Of a stretch of 64,000 bases of DNA, positions 40,447 through 52,041 are shown piece by piece (positions within the stretch are counted from its first letter, which is position 1; the number at the start of each line of letters is the position of its first letter). The notes beneath the pieces are model-generated. The model worked only from the letters and a program-made list of their open reading frames with translations. It did not search any database and was not told the origin of the DNA. The DNA is from Dudresnaya verticillata (lineage: Eukaryota). The translations under genes and the position numbers were made by a program. The DNA is taken from NCBI GenBank assembly GCA_977862235.1, contig OZ374564.1, forward strand, positions 1,178,001 through 1,242,000, given 5' to 3'.

Positions 40447-41247
40447 CTACTGGTAACGGGAACGTTTCCCAACCGACTCCTCGAAGTCGCCCGAACGAGA
40501 AGACGCAAGGCGACGGGGTTGGAAAGGAGACGCCCTACGAGTCTCAGCAGGCGTGGTAGCTCCAGGAGTCGCTTCGGGCAGCGCCGCTCGGCTCCCTACC
40601 TCCACGGGAGTAGCCATACTGGTAGTAACCCCGGTAGGAAGAGGCTGCGTCACCTGATAGGTAGAGGAGCCAGCTGGAGTCTCCTTAGGCGGCCCCCCCA
40701 CAACCATCTTGGTAATATCCGACGGAGCAGCGGATTGCCGTTCAGCTCCCTGAACGGGCCCCGGCGACGCCAGAGCCAAAGGGTCACCCGGTTGATAGTT
40801 CACCACTTGGGTTAGCGAATCGGTCGCGCCACGAGCGGAAGTCTTCGGCTGAATATCGCTCTTGCGTAAGACCTCCCGGGTGAACTTGGTACAGGAGGTG
40901 ACGAAACTCGTGGAGTTCTGCGGCATCGCCGCCGCCATGCTCGCAAGAGACGCCCGGACGTTGGCCACTTCGGTTCCCAAACGGTCCATCGTTGCCATAT
41001 GGTTACCCAGTTGGTTCACTTCGAAGTTCCCCATCTGGGCCACCTCCCGGAGTAACCAAGTCAGGAGGGCCTCCTTCGACACCCACTCCCGAGCGGCATC
41101 CAGAGCCTCCTCTACAGTTGCCGGTACCGGAACCTTTGCAGCGCGACACGCCTCTTGAAGTCGACCAAATTTAAGGTGACCAGAGGTAGAAAGGGTCGTT
41201 CCAGCTGGGACCGTCGCTGCACAAGAGGGACCACTCGGTGAAGCCAA
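40447..41247 (-). CDS. Antisense ORF distal part, unit 4
   Basis: As unit 1. Confidence 0.55.
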   Translation of the reverse strand: MASPSGPSCAATVPAGTTLSTSGHLKFGRLQEACRAAKVPVPATVEEALDAAREWVSKEALLTWLLREVAQMGNFEVNQLGNHMATMDRLGTEVANVRASLASMAAAMPQNSTSFVTSCTKFTREVLRKSDIQPKTSARGATDSLTQVVNYQPGDPLALASPGPVQGAERQSAAPSDITKMVVGGPPKETPAGSSTYQVTQPLPTGVTTSMATPVEVGSRAALPEATPGATTPAETRRASPFQPRRLASSRSGDFEESVGKRSRYQ

Positions 41248-41259
41248 TGGGTTAACTTG

Positions 41260-42675
41260 TCAAGCCGCTGCTTCGCGAGTGACCATCGGGGGTATGCCAG
41301 TGGAGGGTGCCCGTGCGGGTGTCGCCGGACGCGCCTCACGCATTTGCGTTACTGTCCCCGGTGCCGCTCGTGGCTTTGGAGTCCCCGGACGCGCCCCCAG
41401 ACCCAGGCGCGCAGTCCTCGCTGGAGTCACTGGCCCTGACGCTGCTCGCGCCCGGTCGGGGTAACCACTGTAGGTGGGTGCCTCATCGTCGTCGACCACT
41501 TGGTTTCTCTCCGAGTTCGGCCCCATGTGACCCCAGCCACGACCCATATTCCCTGCCTCCCCAAAGGAGTAGAGAGGCGGACCAGGACGGTTGTCAACGA
41601 TATGTCGCCTACCAAATCGGCCAACCGCTTCGGCAACCTCAGGGTCATACGCAACCCAGACCTCGCCGGCGGCCCACTTGAAGGTCTCCGATGCGGTTAG
41701 TAGTCCCGCCAAGTCGTCACCCGCAAAGGTACTACCCCCACAAATGAGGTCAACCCCGAGGGTGCGAATGGCCTCGATGAGTGTCTTGGACAAGCGGAAG
41801 AGACGACCATCCGGTAGACCATCTTGGGTATGATAACCAGCTTCGGTATAGGGCGTCGCGTCCCACATGCCAAAGTAGGCTGCCTGAAGAAAGGCCAGTG
41901 CTACGTGGAGTACCTGCTCGGTTTTGGAGATTGACCACACCGGGTAATACCACTTCGCCGCAGATTCACGCGCATGGGCGCTGAAGTACACCAAAACTCC
42001 TGGAGTTAACGACGGCAAGGAGCGCGGACCTTCGATGGCGTGCCACCAGCTGGGTTTCTTCACATAGTAATCACGACGCCGACCCATGGGGATATTCCAC
42101 ATTTCGACGTTGTGAAACCCCGCTAGGAGAGCATCGGTACGGTTGCGGATGCGCGTCTCCGTCCAGATGTCCACTGCCCACCGCTCGGTCAACCACCACA
42201 GGTCGGGAAAAGGCTTCGACTCCAGGAGTGACTCAGGAAGTAACTTGATCTCGTTCACCCACTGGTTACCCTCAAGGAAGCGGTAGAGAGAGGGGACGTA
42301 GTCTTCTTCGAACCCGACACGCAGCCACTTGAGGTCACTACCATAATGGTTCGGAACGAGGACGCTTGGCGGACAGTGACGCAGACGCGCAACCCACTGG
42401 TTCTCGCGCTTACCCTCGGGGATCGCCCGGAAGCGGTAGGTGTCCGGATGGGTGTCCACGAGGTAACCTTGGAGTGGGAACTGCTCCAGCACCTCCTGGT
42501 TGGAAAACGCCGACAAACCGCCGTGGCCACCCATGGGGGAAGACTGGGCCATCGCGGCGTAGTAACCTCCGCGGCTTACGCAAGGCGTGACTGGAAAGAC
42601 CACGTCGGGGTTGGAGAAACGACGGCGACGGGGTGGTGAACGGCGTGGTGTTGGTTGTGGTTGACGTGGGACCAT
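41260..42675 (-). CDS. Antisense ORF proximal part, unit 4
   Basis: As unit 1. Confidence 0.75.
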   Translation of the reverse strand: MVPRQPQPTPRRSPPRRRRFSNPDVVFPVTPCVSRGGYYAAMAQSSPMGGHGGLSAFSNQEVLEQFPLQGYLVDTHPDTYRFRAIPEGKRENQWVARLRHCPPSVLVPNHYGSDLKWLRVGFEEDYVPSLYRFLEGNQWVNEIKLLPESLLESKPFPDLWWLTERWAVDIWTETRIRNRTDALLAGFHNVEMWNIPMGRRRDYYVKKPSWWHAIEGPRSLPSLTPGVLVYFSAHARESAAKWYYPVWSISKTEQVLHVALAFLQAAYFGMWDATPYTEAGYHTQDGLPDGRLFRLSKTLIEAIRTLGVDLICGGSTFAGDDLAGLLTASETFKWAAGEVWVAYDPEVAEAVGRFGRRHIVDNRPGPPLYSFGEAGNMGRGWGHMGPNSERNQVVDDDEAPTYSGYPDRARAASGPVTPARTARLGLGARPGTPKPRAAPGTVTQMREARPATPARAPSTGIPPMVTREAAA

Positions 42676-42860
42676 GTTGGAAAACCCTTTGAGGTGATGC
42701 TGCTGCGGAAGAGAAGTACTGCTGCACGCGGGATCGATTGTCGGCCGACGACGGTCATGGGCGTCGAACCGTCTGGATACCAAACGGTTATGATTTCGCG
42801 CGAAACGCGTGCAGGCTGCCCTGGCGTCCCGAGGACGGGCCGCAATCTCGGGGGGAGCTC

Positions 42861-43379
42861 TGTAATACAGTGAAGGGCTTACAGAAGTGGGCCCTCTGCC
42901 CGCGTGTATGCGCGAAAATAGCGTTACCTATAGGGCGCCAGCAGGGACAAGATGGGTAGCCTATGATTGGTCCAAGTGTCACCCTGCAGGTCAGTAGCTT
43001 AGTATCTGTCTATTTATTTTAGAAATTATAGCTTAGGATAGGGGGCGTGTATATAGCCCAGTATGAGGGGTGCTGCCTGACAGTCGGAGTACCATATAAG
43101 GGTATCTCCCGTAGCGGTCACTGAACAGTAAAGGTAAGCACCTTCCGGCCCCAACTACGTCTCCAAGCTATCGGCACCGCAGCACACTTGTCACCCGTGC
43201 CCGGTTAACCGCCCGCCCAGTGAACTACCTTCAGTATCGTGCTTCCAATCAGGTTACGTGCCCTCGTCTCCCCTCTGGGTTCCTCCCGCTCTACCACCGC
43301 TACCAGGTACCCGCTCTGTGGCTTTCTCATTGAGTGCACTCTTTGAGTTCACAAGAGACCCAAAAGGCACTTCCTTACA
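42861..43379 (+). repeat. LTR 5 (shared)
   Basis: As LTR 2. Confidence 0.95.
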
Positions 43380-43494
43380 TCTGGTCTCCCGACCTAGAAC
43401 TTCAAGGTTGATGAGCCGTTAAGAGGACGACGAATATCGTAACCCAATTGGATACTGAAGAAAATCAACCCACCAAGGCCCCTGTTACTCCAAG

Positions 43495-45528
43495 ATGTCA
43501 ACTCACTCTCAAAGTAGTTCCCGTCGTGGTCAGAAGGCGGAGCAGACCCCATTGGTCCCCCCAGTTGAGGACCCGGAGTCTTTTCTCCACCCTCCGAGAA
43601 CTCCTGGAGTAGAACAAGAGGAACCGCCTGGTCAAGCATCCACCAATCCCGTAACAGGTAAACCCTTAGCCGGTCCTTCGAAAGAAGTCGCAAGGCAGCC
43701 CCCGCTACATTCCAACCGTAACCATTGGGTCAATACTGATCTGATGCCCCGTCTGATCAACTGGCTACATGATGCGTTGACCCTTCGGTTACCTCAAACG
43801 GTTGAACCACTAGTGGGACACTTTCTAGAGGAACAAGGTCCAAGGACACTCTCAGAGTTTGCCGCCACGGCTACTGACAAGTTAGTCCAGTCATGGACCA
43901 CTCAGCCGGACAGTAGTCCAATCTATGGGATGCTTACCAAAATGGTTCCCCCGTTGGTCGCTCAGTCTCTCGAGGCCTATGGGCAAGCAGCGGACCCTTC
44001 AACTGGACCAAAGTCTAAACCCACAGGGGAAACCAAAGTGGAAAATAAGGAGGATGATATCGTCCCTCCTAGCATCGTTCTACCAACCAAAACTGGTGAT
44101 ATAAAAAAGGAACCCGAAGGGGGTTTGTCGGACTCCGAAGGTAGTAAGAGTAACCGACAAGGATCGAAGTCCAAGAATTCTAAAAAGAAGAAGAAGAAGG
44201 ACAAACGAAAGAAAAATAAGAAGAAACATCACTCATCTGAGTCTGACTCATCGTCAGTTACCTCAGATGGTTCAAGTTCGGATGATTCATCCGATGATGA
44301 CCGACGGCGCCGTCGCCGGTCGTCTAAACCTACAAAGGTCAGGAGGATTAAACCCCTTAACGACCTATTTACCCGAGTGGTTAGCTTTCAAAGTTACCGA
44401 TTAGACAACCGCTCAAGGCTTTACTCTTCGAGAATCTCTCGGAAAGTAAATACCTACTATAAGAGGATGGCTATTCAGATGCCACCCTCTCGGTTTTCGG
44501 GGGTAGACCCGATTAACACCTTGGGTTTCCTAGCAAGGTTCAAGCATGCCTGTAACCACAATGATATCCATGAAGGAGCTGCCGTTTGGTTACTACAATA
44601 TTTTATGGCAGGAACCGCAAGGGACAACCTTCAGGCGAGGCTCCAGACAAGAACCAGTATGGTCGTAGACTATGAAGATGAGGGAGATTTATTAACAACG
44701 TACCCTGAAGTGGTTAATTACCTTTTGGAAACTTATGCTACCGATGAGGTTATTGCACTAGCCTATGCCGACGTGATTTCGTTGCGACAAGCAGAGGGCA
44801 AAACGGAACGGGACTTCGCAGAGTTAGTAAGAGCCAGAGCTCGCCGTTGCGGGTCGGTGTTCACTGAACACCGCCTCAAGGCGATCTTCGTTGATGGGCT
44901 CCTCCCTAGTATCCGTGCACCGGTTCGTAACCGATTGGCTTCCTCAAAGAGTTTGTCCTACACCCATATTACACAGTATGCACAAGATCTTGGGGAAGCT
45001 CACAGGAGTACACGTGGGACGACTAACCTAAAGGGTAAAAGGGGAGTAATTCCCGTCGCCGCGGTTAGCTTCGAGAAACCGCCGTCTCACTCCGTGAGTA
45101 CGTCGACAGCTACCTCCGAGGGTTTACCGGGAATGGAAGACATTCATGAAGAGGAGATTTTCCAACTTGGTGAAGAATTATCTAACCAGTCTATGACACC
45201 CCCGTCTTCGATAACCACAGTAGGATCCCGAGATGGTGCGCCGATACGGGCATGTTGGATCTGTGTTAATCCAGACCACATGGCACATGAATGTCCATTG
45301 GTAACCCCCGCGGTTCGCGCTGGCATAATTGCTTCCAGAAGGCAAAACCTCTATGGTTTAGCTCGGGCCCGAGCCATGCAAGGTAATCGACAAGGTAACC
45401 CCGGGGCCTCCTCCTCAACCGGCCATCCGGGCCCCACCCAGGCTAGACGCACGGGATCACCCTCAGTGGAGCCCTCAAAGGCAGCTCAAGGAGTTTCCAT
45501 TGCGGAAAACGTGGAGGAGGAGGCATAA
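43495..45528 (+). CDS. gag: Gag, unit 5
   Basis: As unit 1. Confidence 0.93.
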   Translation: MSTHSQSSSRRGQKAEQTPLVPPVEDPESFLHPPRTPGVEQEEPPGQASTNPVTGKPLAGPSKEVARQPPLHSNRNHWVNTDLMPRLINWLHDALTLRLPQTVEPLVGHFLEEQGPRTLSEFAATATDKLVQSWTTQPDSSPIYGMLTKMVPPLVAQSLEAYGQAADPSTGPKSKPTGETKVENKEDDIVPPSIVLPTKTGDIKKEPEGGLSDSEGSKSNRQGSKSKNSKKKKKKDKRKKNKKKHHSSESDSSSVTSDGSSSDDSSDDDRRRRRRSSKPTKVRRIKPLNDLFTRVVSFQSYRLDNRSRLYSSRISRKVNTYYKRMAIQMPPSRFSGVDPINTLGFLARFKHACNHNDIHEGAAVWLLQYFMAGTARDNLQARLQTRTSMVVDYEDEGDLLTTYPEVVNYLLETYATDEVIALAYADVISLRQAEGKTERDFAELVRARARRCGSVFTEHRLKAIFVDGLLPSIRAPVRNRLASSKSLSYTHITQYAQDLGEAHRSTRGTTNLKGKRGVIPVAAVSFEKPPSHSVSTSTATSEGLPGMEDIHEEEIFQLGEELSNQSMTPPSSITTVGSRDGAPIRACWICVNPDHMAHECPLVTPAVRAGIIASRRQNLYGLARARAMQGNRQGNPGASSSTGHPGPTQARRTGSPSVEPSKAAQGVSIAENVEEEA

Positions 45529-45683
45529 CGACGCATGCCCCCTCCTCAAATATGCGCCTTCCAGAACCCGTATTACGACCCGATGTCGTGGATAACCTGG
45601 AGGGTGATGACTATGATGAAGTATGTTTACTTAAGAAGCAAAACTACAAAGTGGATCTATCGTTAGGGGTCTGGTCATCTTAG

Positions 45684-48600
45684 ATGATATCCGCAAGGGG
45701 CGTGATTGATTCTGGCGCCGGACCCAATCTGGTTCATGTTAAAATTTTACCTAATGGTTGGGAAAAGCGAGCCAAACCCTATAAGGAAACCACGCGTAGC
45801 ATCGTTGACGCTTCTAATAATCGAATATTACCTCTAGGAGTCATCCCCTTGTATATCCGTGTCGGTAATCTCTATACGAAGACCCATTTTCTGGTTGTTG
45901 CTAATATGCCTGCCGAAGTTATACTTGGTACAGCCTTCATCGATCGGCATGTCACAGCCATCATGCCGGGACCCCGAAGGTTACTCTTGAAGGATGCCCC
46001 AGCCGTACCTATCCTCGGTGTTTCCATGGGAGGAATTACTGCTCCCGATGCCACACAACCAACGGTTTCTACCAGAGTGAGAATAGCCAAAGACTGGGTC
46101 ATACCTCCTAGGTCACGTTCATTCGTGCCGGTGAGAACCAGCGCATCTGGATTATGCCTGGTTCAAAATATCCCGCGGTCACTACATAAGTCGTTAACCA
46201 TTATGGAAAACGGGATCAGGGACGTTCTTCCGATGGAAGTTTTCCCTGTGCTAATGACCAATTTTGGTGATCGCCCTGCTCGCTTGAAAAAGACGCAAGT
46301 AGTAGGCCATGCGTTACCACGGCCGGATCAGGTTTTGAGCATTGGAACTTTACAAGAAGCTCCCCAGTCGGATACCCAGGGGGAGAAGCCAAAGGCGGAA
46401 CCCAGTTGGGAAGACACTGTCCATATAGGTGTCGAAGACAGTGCTACTCGATCCCAAATCATGGAAATGCTTCAAGAGTATCAAGAAATGTGGTCAGGCC
46501 AACTGGGCACCATTAAGGCCACTCAGCACAGGATTGAGTTGATGGACGGGGGAAAACCCATCTATCAACACCCTTATAGAGCTGGCCCTAAAGCTCGGGA
46601 AGCCGAAAAGGCGAAAGTACAACGAATGTTACGCGAAGGCGTTATTGAACCCTCTGGGGCAGAATGGGCCAGTCCCGTAGTCCTGGTGGCCAAACCGGAT
46701 GGGTCTCTACGTTTTTGCGTCGACTATCGCCGACTTAATAGTATTACTCGGAGAGATTCCTATCCGTTACCTCGAATGGACGAATGTATCGACTCGCTGG
46801 GAGACGCTAAGATATTTACGACGCTCGACTGTAATAGTGGCTATTGGCAAGTTGAAGTCGATCCCGACGATCGCGATAAGACGACGTTCACCTGCCACGA
46901 AGGATTATACCGTTTTATCAGGATGCCATTTGGTCTCAAGAATGCGCCCGCCACATTCCAACGGGCAGTCGACATTATATTATCTCGATGCAAGTGGCAA
47001 TACGCTTTGGTTTACCTCGACGACGTTGTTGTGTACTCTCGGAGTATTAATGACCACTTCCACCATTTAGGTACTGTGCTTAATCTACTAAGAACCGCAG
47101 GGGTTTCTCTTAAGTTATCTAAGTGTAAGTTCTTCGAGGCGTCCGTCGATTACCTCGGCCATGTCATACGCCCAGGAAAAAAGCTGGAAGTCGCCTCCAA
47201 GAACGTTACCGCACTACGCCAGGCGAAACCTCCCACGGATCAAACCGATTTAAGGTCATTTCTTGGAGTATGTAACGTCTATCGACGCTTCGTCCCTAAT
47301 TATGTACGCATTGCGTCTCCGCTCTGCAGGAAACTCCGCAAGGATCAACCCTTCACTTTTGAGTCACTCGCAGAGGATGAATACGACGCCTTCGACGAAC
47401 TCCGGCGTCGTCTTTTAACGGCACCCATATTGGCGTTACCTCGAAAGGGATTCCGTTATTACGTAGATACCGATGCGTGCGACCTTCAGGTTGGCTGTTG
47501 TTTACTTCAAGAAACCGAACAAGGGGATAAGCTGCCTATTGGTTATTGGAGTCGCACTCTTAATTCCGCCGAGCGTAATTATTCGGCTACCGAACGGGAA
47601 TGTCTCGCCGTTGTATGGAGTCTTTTAACACTCCGACCTTACCTTGAAGGTGACCGCTTTACGGTTAGAACCGACCACGAACCACTTCAGTGGTTGCTAA
47701 ACCTCTCGGATGCATCGGGTCGCCTAGCCCGTTGGCGTTTACGACTCTCGGAGTTCGACTTCCTAGTCACCTATAATCCTGGAAGGGAACATCATTTGGC
47801 AGACACCATGTCACGGCTTTCGACTCCAGGGAGTGACCAAACCCCATTAGACGATGACATCCCCTGTTTTGCCCTCGCGGTTGAACATAGCACCCCGCGT
47901 CAGCTCAATTTACCCACCGTCCGTGACTTGGCAAACCAAAAGGGTTTACCCCGTCAGGTTAATAAGCAAGAACTCCTCGAGGCACAATCAAAGGATGAGT
48001 ACTGCCAAAAGATGGCTAACCAAGTTGGTATCGCTGGCTCCCAATTCCAGTGGGACCATAATGGTTTTCTAATCCGCCAAGCGACACTCGATGGAGCACT
48101 TCAGATAGTAGTGCCAAAGTCCCTGCGTCCCCGCATCCTATATTTGGCCCACTATCCTCTCCTCTCTGGACACCCTGGTGGTTCAAGGATGTACTACACC
48201 CTCCGGCGACAGTTTTATTGGCCGTATATGGCTAATGACGCATATGCCGTTGTGGGTGACTGTACTAAGTGTGTCCAAAATCGGGGTACCGTACGGAAAC
48301 ATCAGAACTACCTTAAGCTATTTCCCGCCGCTGGCCCACTGGAATTCCTTGCTATGGATCTCGCGGGACCTTTCCCCAAAACAGAGCACGGCAACCGTTT
48401 CGTCCTGGTTATTACCGATCGGTTTTCTAAGCTTACGCGCGCCATACCTTTACGGAATACCAATGCCCGCACGGTCGCACAAGTTTTTCTGGACCACTGG
48501 GTCTACCCTTACGGTGTCCCGTTATATGTGCTTTCCGATAATGGTCCACAGTTCGTGTCCAAGTTCTTCGCCACGATCTGCCAAACCCTGGGGTTACGTC

Positions 48601-49517
48601 AGTTATTCACAACCGCTTACCACCCCCAGACCAACGGTCAGGTCGAACGATTCAATAAGACCCTTGTCCAACGGTTACGTCATTATGTCGCGGATCATCA
48701 GCGTGACTGGGACAGTTACGTGCATCCGCTTACCTATGCGTATAACCTTCAGGTTCACCGCTCGACGGGTACTTCACCTTTTGATCTCGTCCTGTCCCGG
48801 CAACCTTCGGTTATACCTCTCCAAGGTTCCCCCACCACGGGTCTTACTAATCAGTTGGATTCTCAACTCACCGTTGCTTCTGTCAAGCGTTTAACCATTC
48901 GGAAACTTCAACAGGCCATTGCAACCGCTCGGGGCACCCTCACGGCTGCCCAACAACGGTATAAATCGGCCTTTGATACCTCCATGGCACGGCCTTTTTC
49001 GGTTACCATCGGTGATTGGGTCTATCTGGACCGTCCTAAGTTCACGAAACGCCAAGTTGGTGAACGACAGGCTTCCCTCGTCGACCCCGCCGAGGAGCAG
49101 AACCTTTCTAGGAAACTTTTGCCCAAAGCGACCGGACCCTTTTTGGTTACAGCCGTTAATCCCAACCATACGGTTACGATTAAGCAATACGGGCTTTTTA
49201 ATACCGTTTCGCAAGACCGTATTTCGGTTGACCCTCATCGTGGACCCCGAACTCCCCTAGCCGACCCGGAGATAACGCAGGATGCGCCTTCGGCTCCTCC
49301 ACCGCCTACTACCCAACCCCAGTCGGATTACTATACAGTTGACCACTTGGTTAAGCACCGTGTCACCGACAGTGGTTACCAATACAAGGTTCGCTGGTAT
49401 GGTTACGCCCCCAATGATGATACTTGGGAGCCCCCCGCGCACATCCCTCACAACTTTGTGTTACGCTACTGGCGCCGGCTTGACCAGACGCCACCGCCCG
49501 GAGCTGGGGGGGTGTAG
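45684..49517 (+). CDS. pol: Pol, unit 5
   Basis: As unit 2. Confidence 0.96.
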   Translation: MISARGVIDSGAGPNLVHVKILPNGWEKRAKPYKETTRSIVDASNNRILPLGVIPLYIRVGNLYTKTHFLVVANMPAEVILGTAFIDRHVTAIMPGPRRLLLKDAPAVPILGVSMGGITAPDATQPTVSTRVRIAKDWVIPPRSRSFVPVRTSASGLCLVQNIPRSLHKSLTIMENGIRDVLPMEVFPVLMTNFGDRPARLKKTQVVGHALPRPDQVLSIGTLQEAPQSDTQGEKPKAEPSWEDTVHIGVEDSATRSQIMEMLQEYQEMWSGQLGTIKATQHRIELMDGGKPIYQHPYRAGPKAREAEKAKVQRMLREGVIEPSGAEWASPVVLVAKPDGSLRFCVDYRRLNSITRRDSYPLPRMDECIDSLGDAKIFTTLDCNSGYWQVEVDPDDRDKTTFTCHEGLYRFIRMPFGLKNAPATFQRAVDIILSRCKWQYALVYLDDVVVYSRSINDHFHHLGTVLNLLRTAGVSLKLSKCKFFEASVDYLGHVIRPGKKLEVASKNVTALRQAKPPTDQTDLRSFLGVCNVYRRFVPNYVRIASPLCRKLRKDQPFTFESLAEDEYDAFDELRRRLLTAPILALPRKGFRYYVDTDACDLQVGCCLLQETEQGDKLPIGYWSRTLNSAERNYSATERECLAVVWSLLTLRPYLEGDRFTVRTDHEPLQWLLNLSDASGRLARWRLRLSEFDFLVTYNPGREHHLADTMSRLSTPGSDQTPLDDDIPCFALAVEHSTPRQLNLPTVRDLANQKGLPRQVNKQELLEAQSKDEYCQKMANQVGIAGSQFQWDHNGFLIRQATLDGALQIVVPKSLRPRILYLAHYPLLSGHPGGSRMYYTLRRQFYWPYMANDAYAVVGDCTKCVQNRGTVRKHQNYLKLFPAAGPLEFLAMDLAGPFPKTEHGNRFVLVITDRFSKLTRAIPLRNTNARTVAQVFLDHWVYPYGVPLYVLSDNGPQFVSKFFATICQTLGLRQLFTTAYHPQTNGQVERFNKTLVQRLRHYVADHQRDWDSYVHPLTYAYNLQVHRSTGTSPFDLVLSRQPSVIPLQGSPTTGLTNQLDSQLTVASVKRLTIRKLQQAIATARGTLTAAQQRYKSAFDTSMARPFSVTIGDWVYLDRPKFTKRQVGERQASLVDPAEEQNLSRKLLPKATGPFLVTAVNPNHTVTIKQYGLFNTVSQDRISVDPHRGPRTPLADPEITQDAPSAPPPPTTQPQSDYYTVDHLVKHRVTDSGYQYKVRWYGYAPNDDTWEPPAHIPHNFVLRYWRRLDQTPPPGAGGV

Positions 49518-49812
49518 GTGTCATGGATTTTCGCGGACCCCAAAGTACACATCGCGAAACGTCACTCAGAGAGTCAGCGCCACCCAATCAACAGGCTTCG
49601 CGACGGCGTTATCTCATGGAGTCAAATGAATCGGCACTAGGTCCTACCCCTCTTCACTTTTTCTATTTATTCTACGCTACTTGCCTACAGTACACTGCAC
49701 TCTTTTAGAAACCAAGACAAAGGACAGCCACACAGGGAGGTACAACACAAGACAGAAGATATTTTATTGGACACTCGTCAGGTCACCCTAGAGGCTCATC
49801 TAATTAGAGTAC

Positions 49813-50613
49813 CTACTGGTAACGGGAACGTTTCCCAACCGACTCCTCGAAGTCGCCCGAACGAGAAGACGCAAGGCGACGGGGTTGGAAAGGAGACGCC
49901 CTACGAGTCTCAGCAGGCGTGGTAGCTCCAGGAGTCGCTTCGGGCAGCGCCGCTCGGCTCCCTACCTCCACGGGAGTAGCCATACTGGTAGTAACCCCGG
50001 TAGGAAGAGGCTGCGTCACCTGATAGGTAGAGGAGCCAGCTGGAGTCTCCTTAGGCGGCCCCCCCACAACCATCTTGGTAATATCCGACGGAGCAGCGGA
50101 TTGCCGTTCAGCTCCCTGAACGGGCCCCGGCGACGCCAGAGCCAAAGGGTCACCCGGTTGATAGTTCACCACTTGGGTTAGCGAATCGGTCGCGCCACGA
50201 GCGGAAGTCTTCGGCTGAATATCGCTCTTGCGTAAGACCTCCCGGGTGAACTTGGTACAGGAGGTGACGAAACTCGTGGAGTTCTGCGGCATCGCCGCCG
50301 CCATGCTCGCAAGAGACGCCCGGACGTTGGCCACTTCGGTTCCCAAACGGTCCATCGTTGCCATATGGTTACCCAGTTGGTTCACTTCGAAGTTCCCCAT
50401 CTGGGCCACCTCCCGGAGTAACCAAGTCAGGAGGGCCTCCTTCGACACCCACTCCCGAGCGGCATCCAGAGCCTCCTCTACAGTTGCCGGTACCGGAACC
50501 TTTGCAGCGCGACACGCCTCTTGAAGTCGACCAAATTTAAGGTGACCAGAGGTAGAAAGGGTCGTTCCAGCTGGGACCGTCGCTGCACAAGAGGGACCAC
50601 TCGGTGAAGCCAA
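49813..50613 (-). CDS. Antisense ORF distal part, unit 5
   Basis: As unit 1. Confidence 0.55.
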   Translation of the reverse strand: MASPSGPSCAATVPAGTTLSTSGHLKFGRLQEACRAAKVPVPATVEEALDAAREWVSKEALLTWLLREVAQMGNFEVNQLGNHMATMDRLGTEVANVRASLASMAAAMPQNSTSFVTSCTKFTREVLRKSDIQPKTSARGATDSLTQVVNYQPGDPLALASPGPVQGAERQSAAPSDITKMVVGGPPKETPAGSSTYQVTQPLPTGVTTSMATPVEVGSRAALPEATPGATTPAETRRASPFQPRRLASSRSGDFEESVGKRSRYQ

Positions 50614-50625
50614 TGGGTTAACTTG

Positions 50626-52041
50626 TCAAGCCGCTGCTTCGCGAGTGACCATCGGGGGTATGCCAGTGGAGGGTGCCCGTGCGGGTGTCGCCGGACGCGC
50701 CTCACGCATTTGCGTTACTGTCCCCGGTGCCGCTCGTGGCTTTGGAGTCCCCGGACGCGCCCCCAGACCCAGGCGCGCAGTCCTCGCTGGAGTCACTGGC
50801 CCTGACGCTGCTCGCGCCCGGTCGGGGTAACCACTGTAGGTGGGTGCCTCATCGTCGTCGACCACTTGGTTTCTCTCCGAGTTCGGCCCCATGTGACCCC
50901 AGCCACGACCCATATTCCCTGCCTCCCCAAAGGAGTAGAGAGGCGGACCAGGACGGTTGTCAACGATATGTCGCCTACCAAATCGGCCAACCGCTTCGGC
51001 AACCTCAGGGTCATACGCAACCCAGACCTCGCCGGCGGCCCACTTGAAGGTCTCCGATGCGGTTAGTAGTCCCGCCAAGTCGTCACCCGCAAAGGTACTA
51101 CCCCCACAAATGAGGTCAACCCCGAGGGTGCGAATGGCCTCGATGAGTGTCTTGGACAAGCGGAAGAGACGACCATCCGGTAGACCATCTTGGGTATGAT
51201 AACCAGCTTCGGTATAGGGCGTCGCGTCCCACATGCCAAAGTAGGCTGCCTGAAGAAAGGCCAGTGCTACGTGGAGTACCTGCTCGGTTTTGGAGATTGA
51301 CCACACCGGGTAATACCACTTCGCCGCAGATTCACGCGCATGGGCGCTGAAGTACACCAAAACTCCTGGAGTTAACGACGGCAAGGAGCGCGGACCTTCG
51401 ATGGCGTGCCACCAGCTGGGTTTCTTCACATAGTAATCACGACGCCGACCCATGGGGATATTCCACATTTCGACGTTGTGAAACCCCGCTAGGAGAGCAT
51501 CGGTACGGTTGCGGATGCGCGTCTCCGTCCAGATGTCCACTGCCCACCGCTCGGTCAACCACCACAGGTCGGGAAAAGGCTTCGACTCCAGGAGTGACTC
51601 AGGAAGTAACTTGATCTCGTTCACCCACTGGTTACCCTCAAGGAAGCGGTAGAGAGAGGGGACGTAGTCTTCTTCGAACCCGACACGCAGCCACTTGAGG
51701 TCACTACCATAATGGTTCGGAACGAGGACGCTTGGCGGACAGTGACGCAGACGCGCAACCCACTGGTTCTCGCGCTTACCCTCGGGGATCGCCCGGAAGC
51801 GGTAGGTGTCCGGATGGGTGTCCACGAGGTAACCTTGGAGTGGGAACTGCTCCAGCACCTCCTGGTTGGAAAACGCCGACAAACCGCCGTGGCCACCCAT
51901 GGGGGAAGACTGGGCCATCGCGGCGTAGTAACCTCCGCGGCTTACGCAAGGCGTGACTGGAAAGACCACGTCGGGGTTGGAGAAACGACGGCGACGGGGT
52001 GGTGAACGGCGTGGTGTTGGTTGTGGTTGACGTGGGACCAT
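50626..52041 (-). CDS. Antisense ORF proximal part, unit 5
   Basis: As unit 1. Confidence 0.75.
   Translation of the reverse strand: MVPRQPQPTPRRSPPRRRRFSNPDVVFPVTPCVSRGGYYAAMAQSSPMGGHGGLSAFSNQEVLEQFPLQGYLVDTHPDTYRFRAIPEGKRENQWVARLRHCPPSVLVPNHYGSDLKWLRVGFEEDYVPSLYRFLEGNQWVNEIKLLPESLLESKPFPDLWWLTERWAVDIWTETRIRNRTDALLAGFHNVEMWNIPMGRRRDYYVKKPSWWHAIEGPRSLPSLTPGVLVYFSAHARESAAKWYYPVWSISKTEQVLHVALAFLQAAYFGMWDATPYTEAGYHTQDGLPDGRLFRLSKTLIEAIRTLGVDLICGGSTFAGDDLAGLLTASETFKWAAGEVWVAYDPEVAEAVGRFGRRHIVDNRPGPPLYSFGEAGNMGRGWGHMGPNSERNQVVDDDEAPTYSGYPDRARAASGPVTPARTARLGLGARPGTPKPRAAPGTVTQMREARPATPARAPSTGIPPMVTREAAA

Larger units (their letters stand above)
33495..43379 (+). mobile_element. Gypsy chromovirus unit 4
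   Basis: Same structure. Confidence 0.97.
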
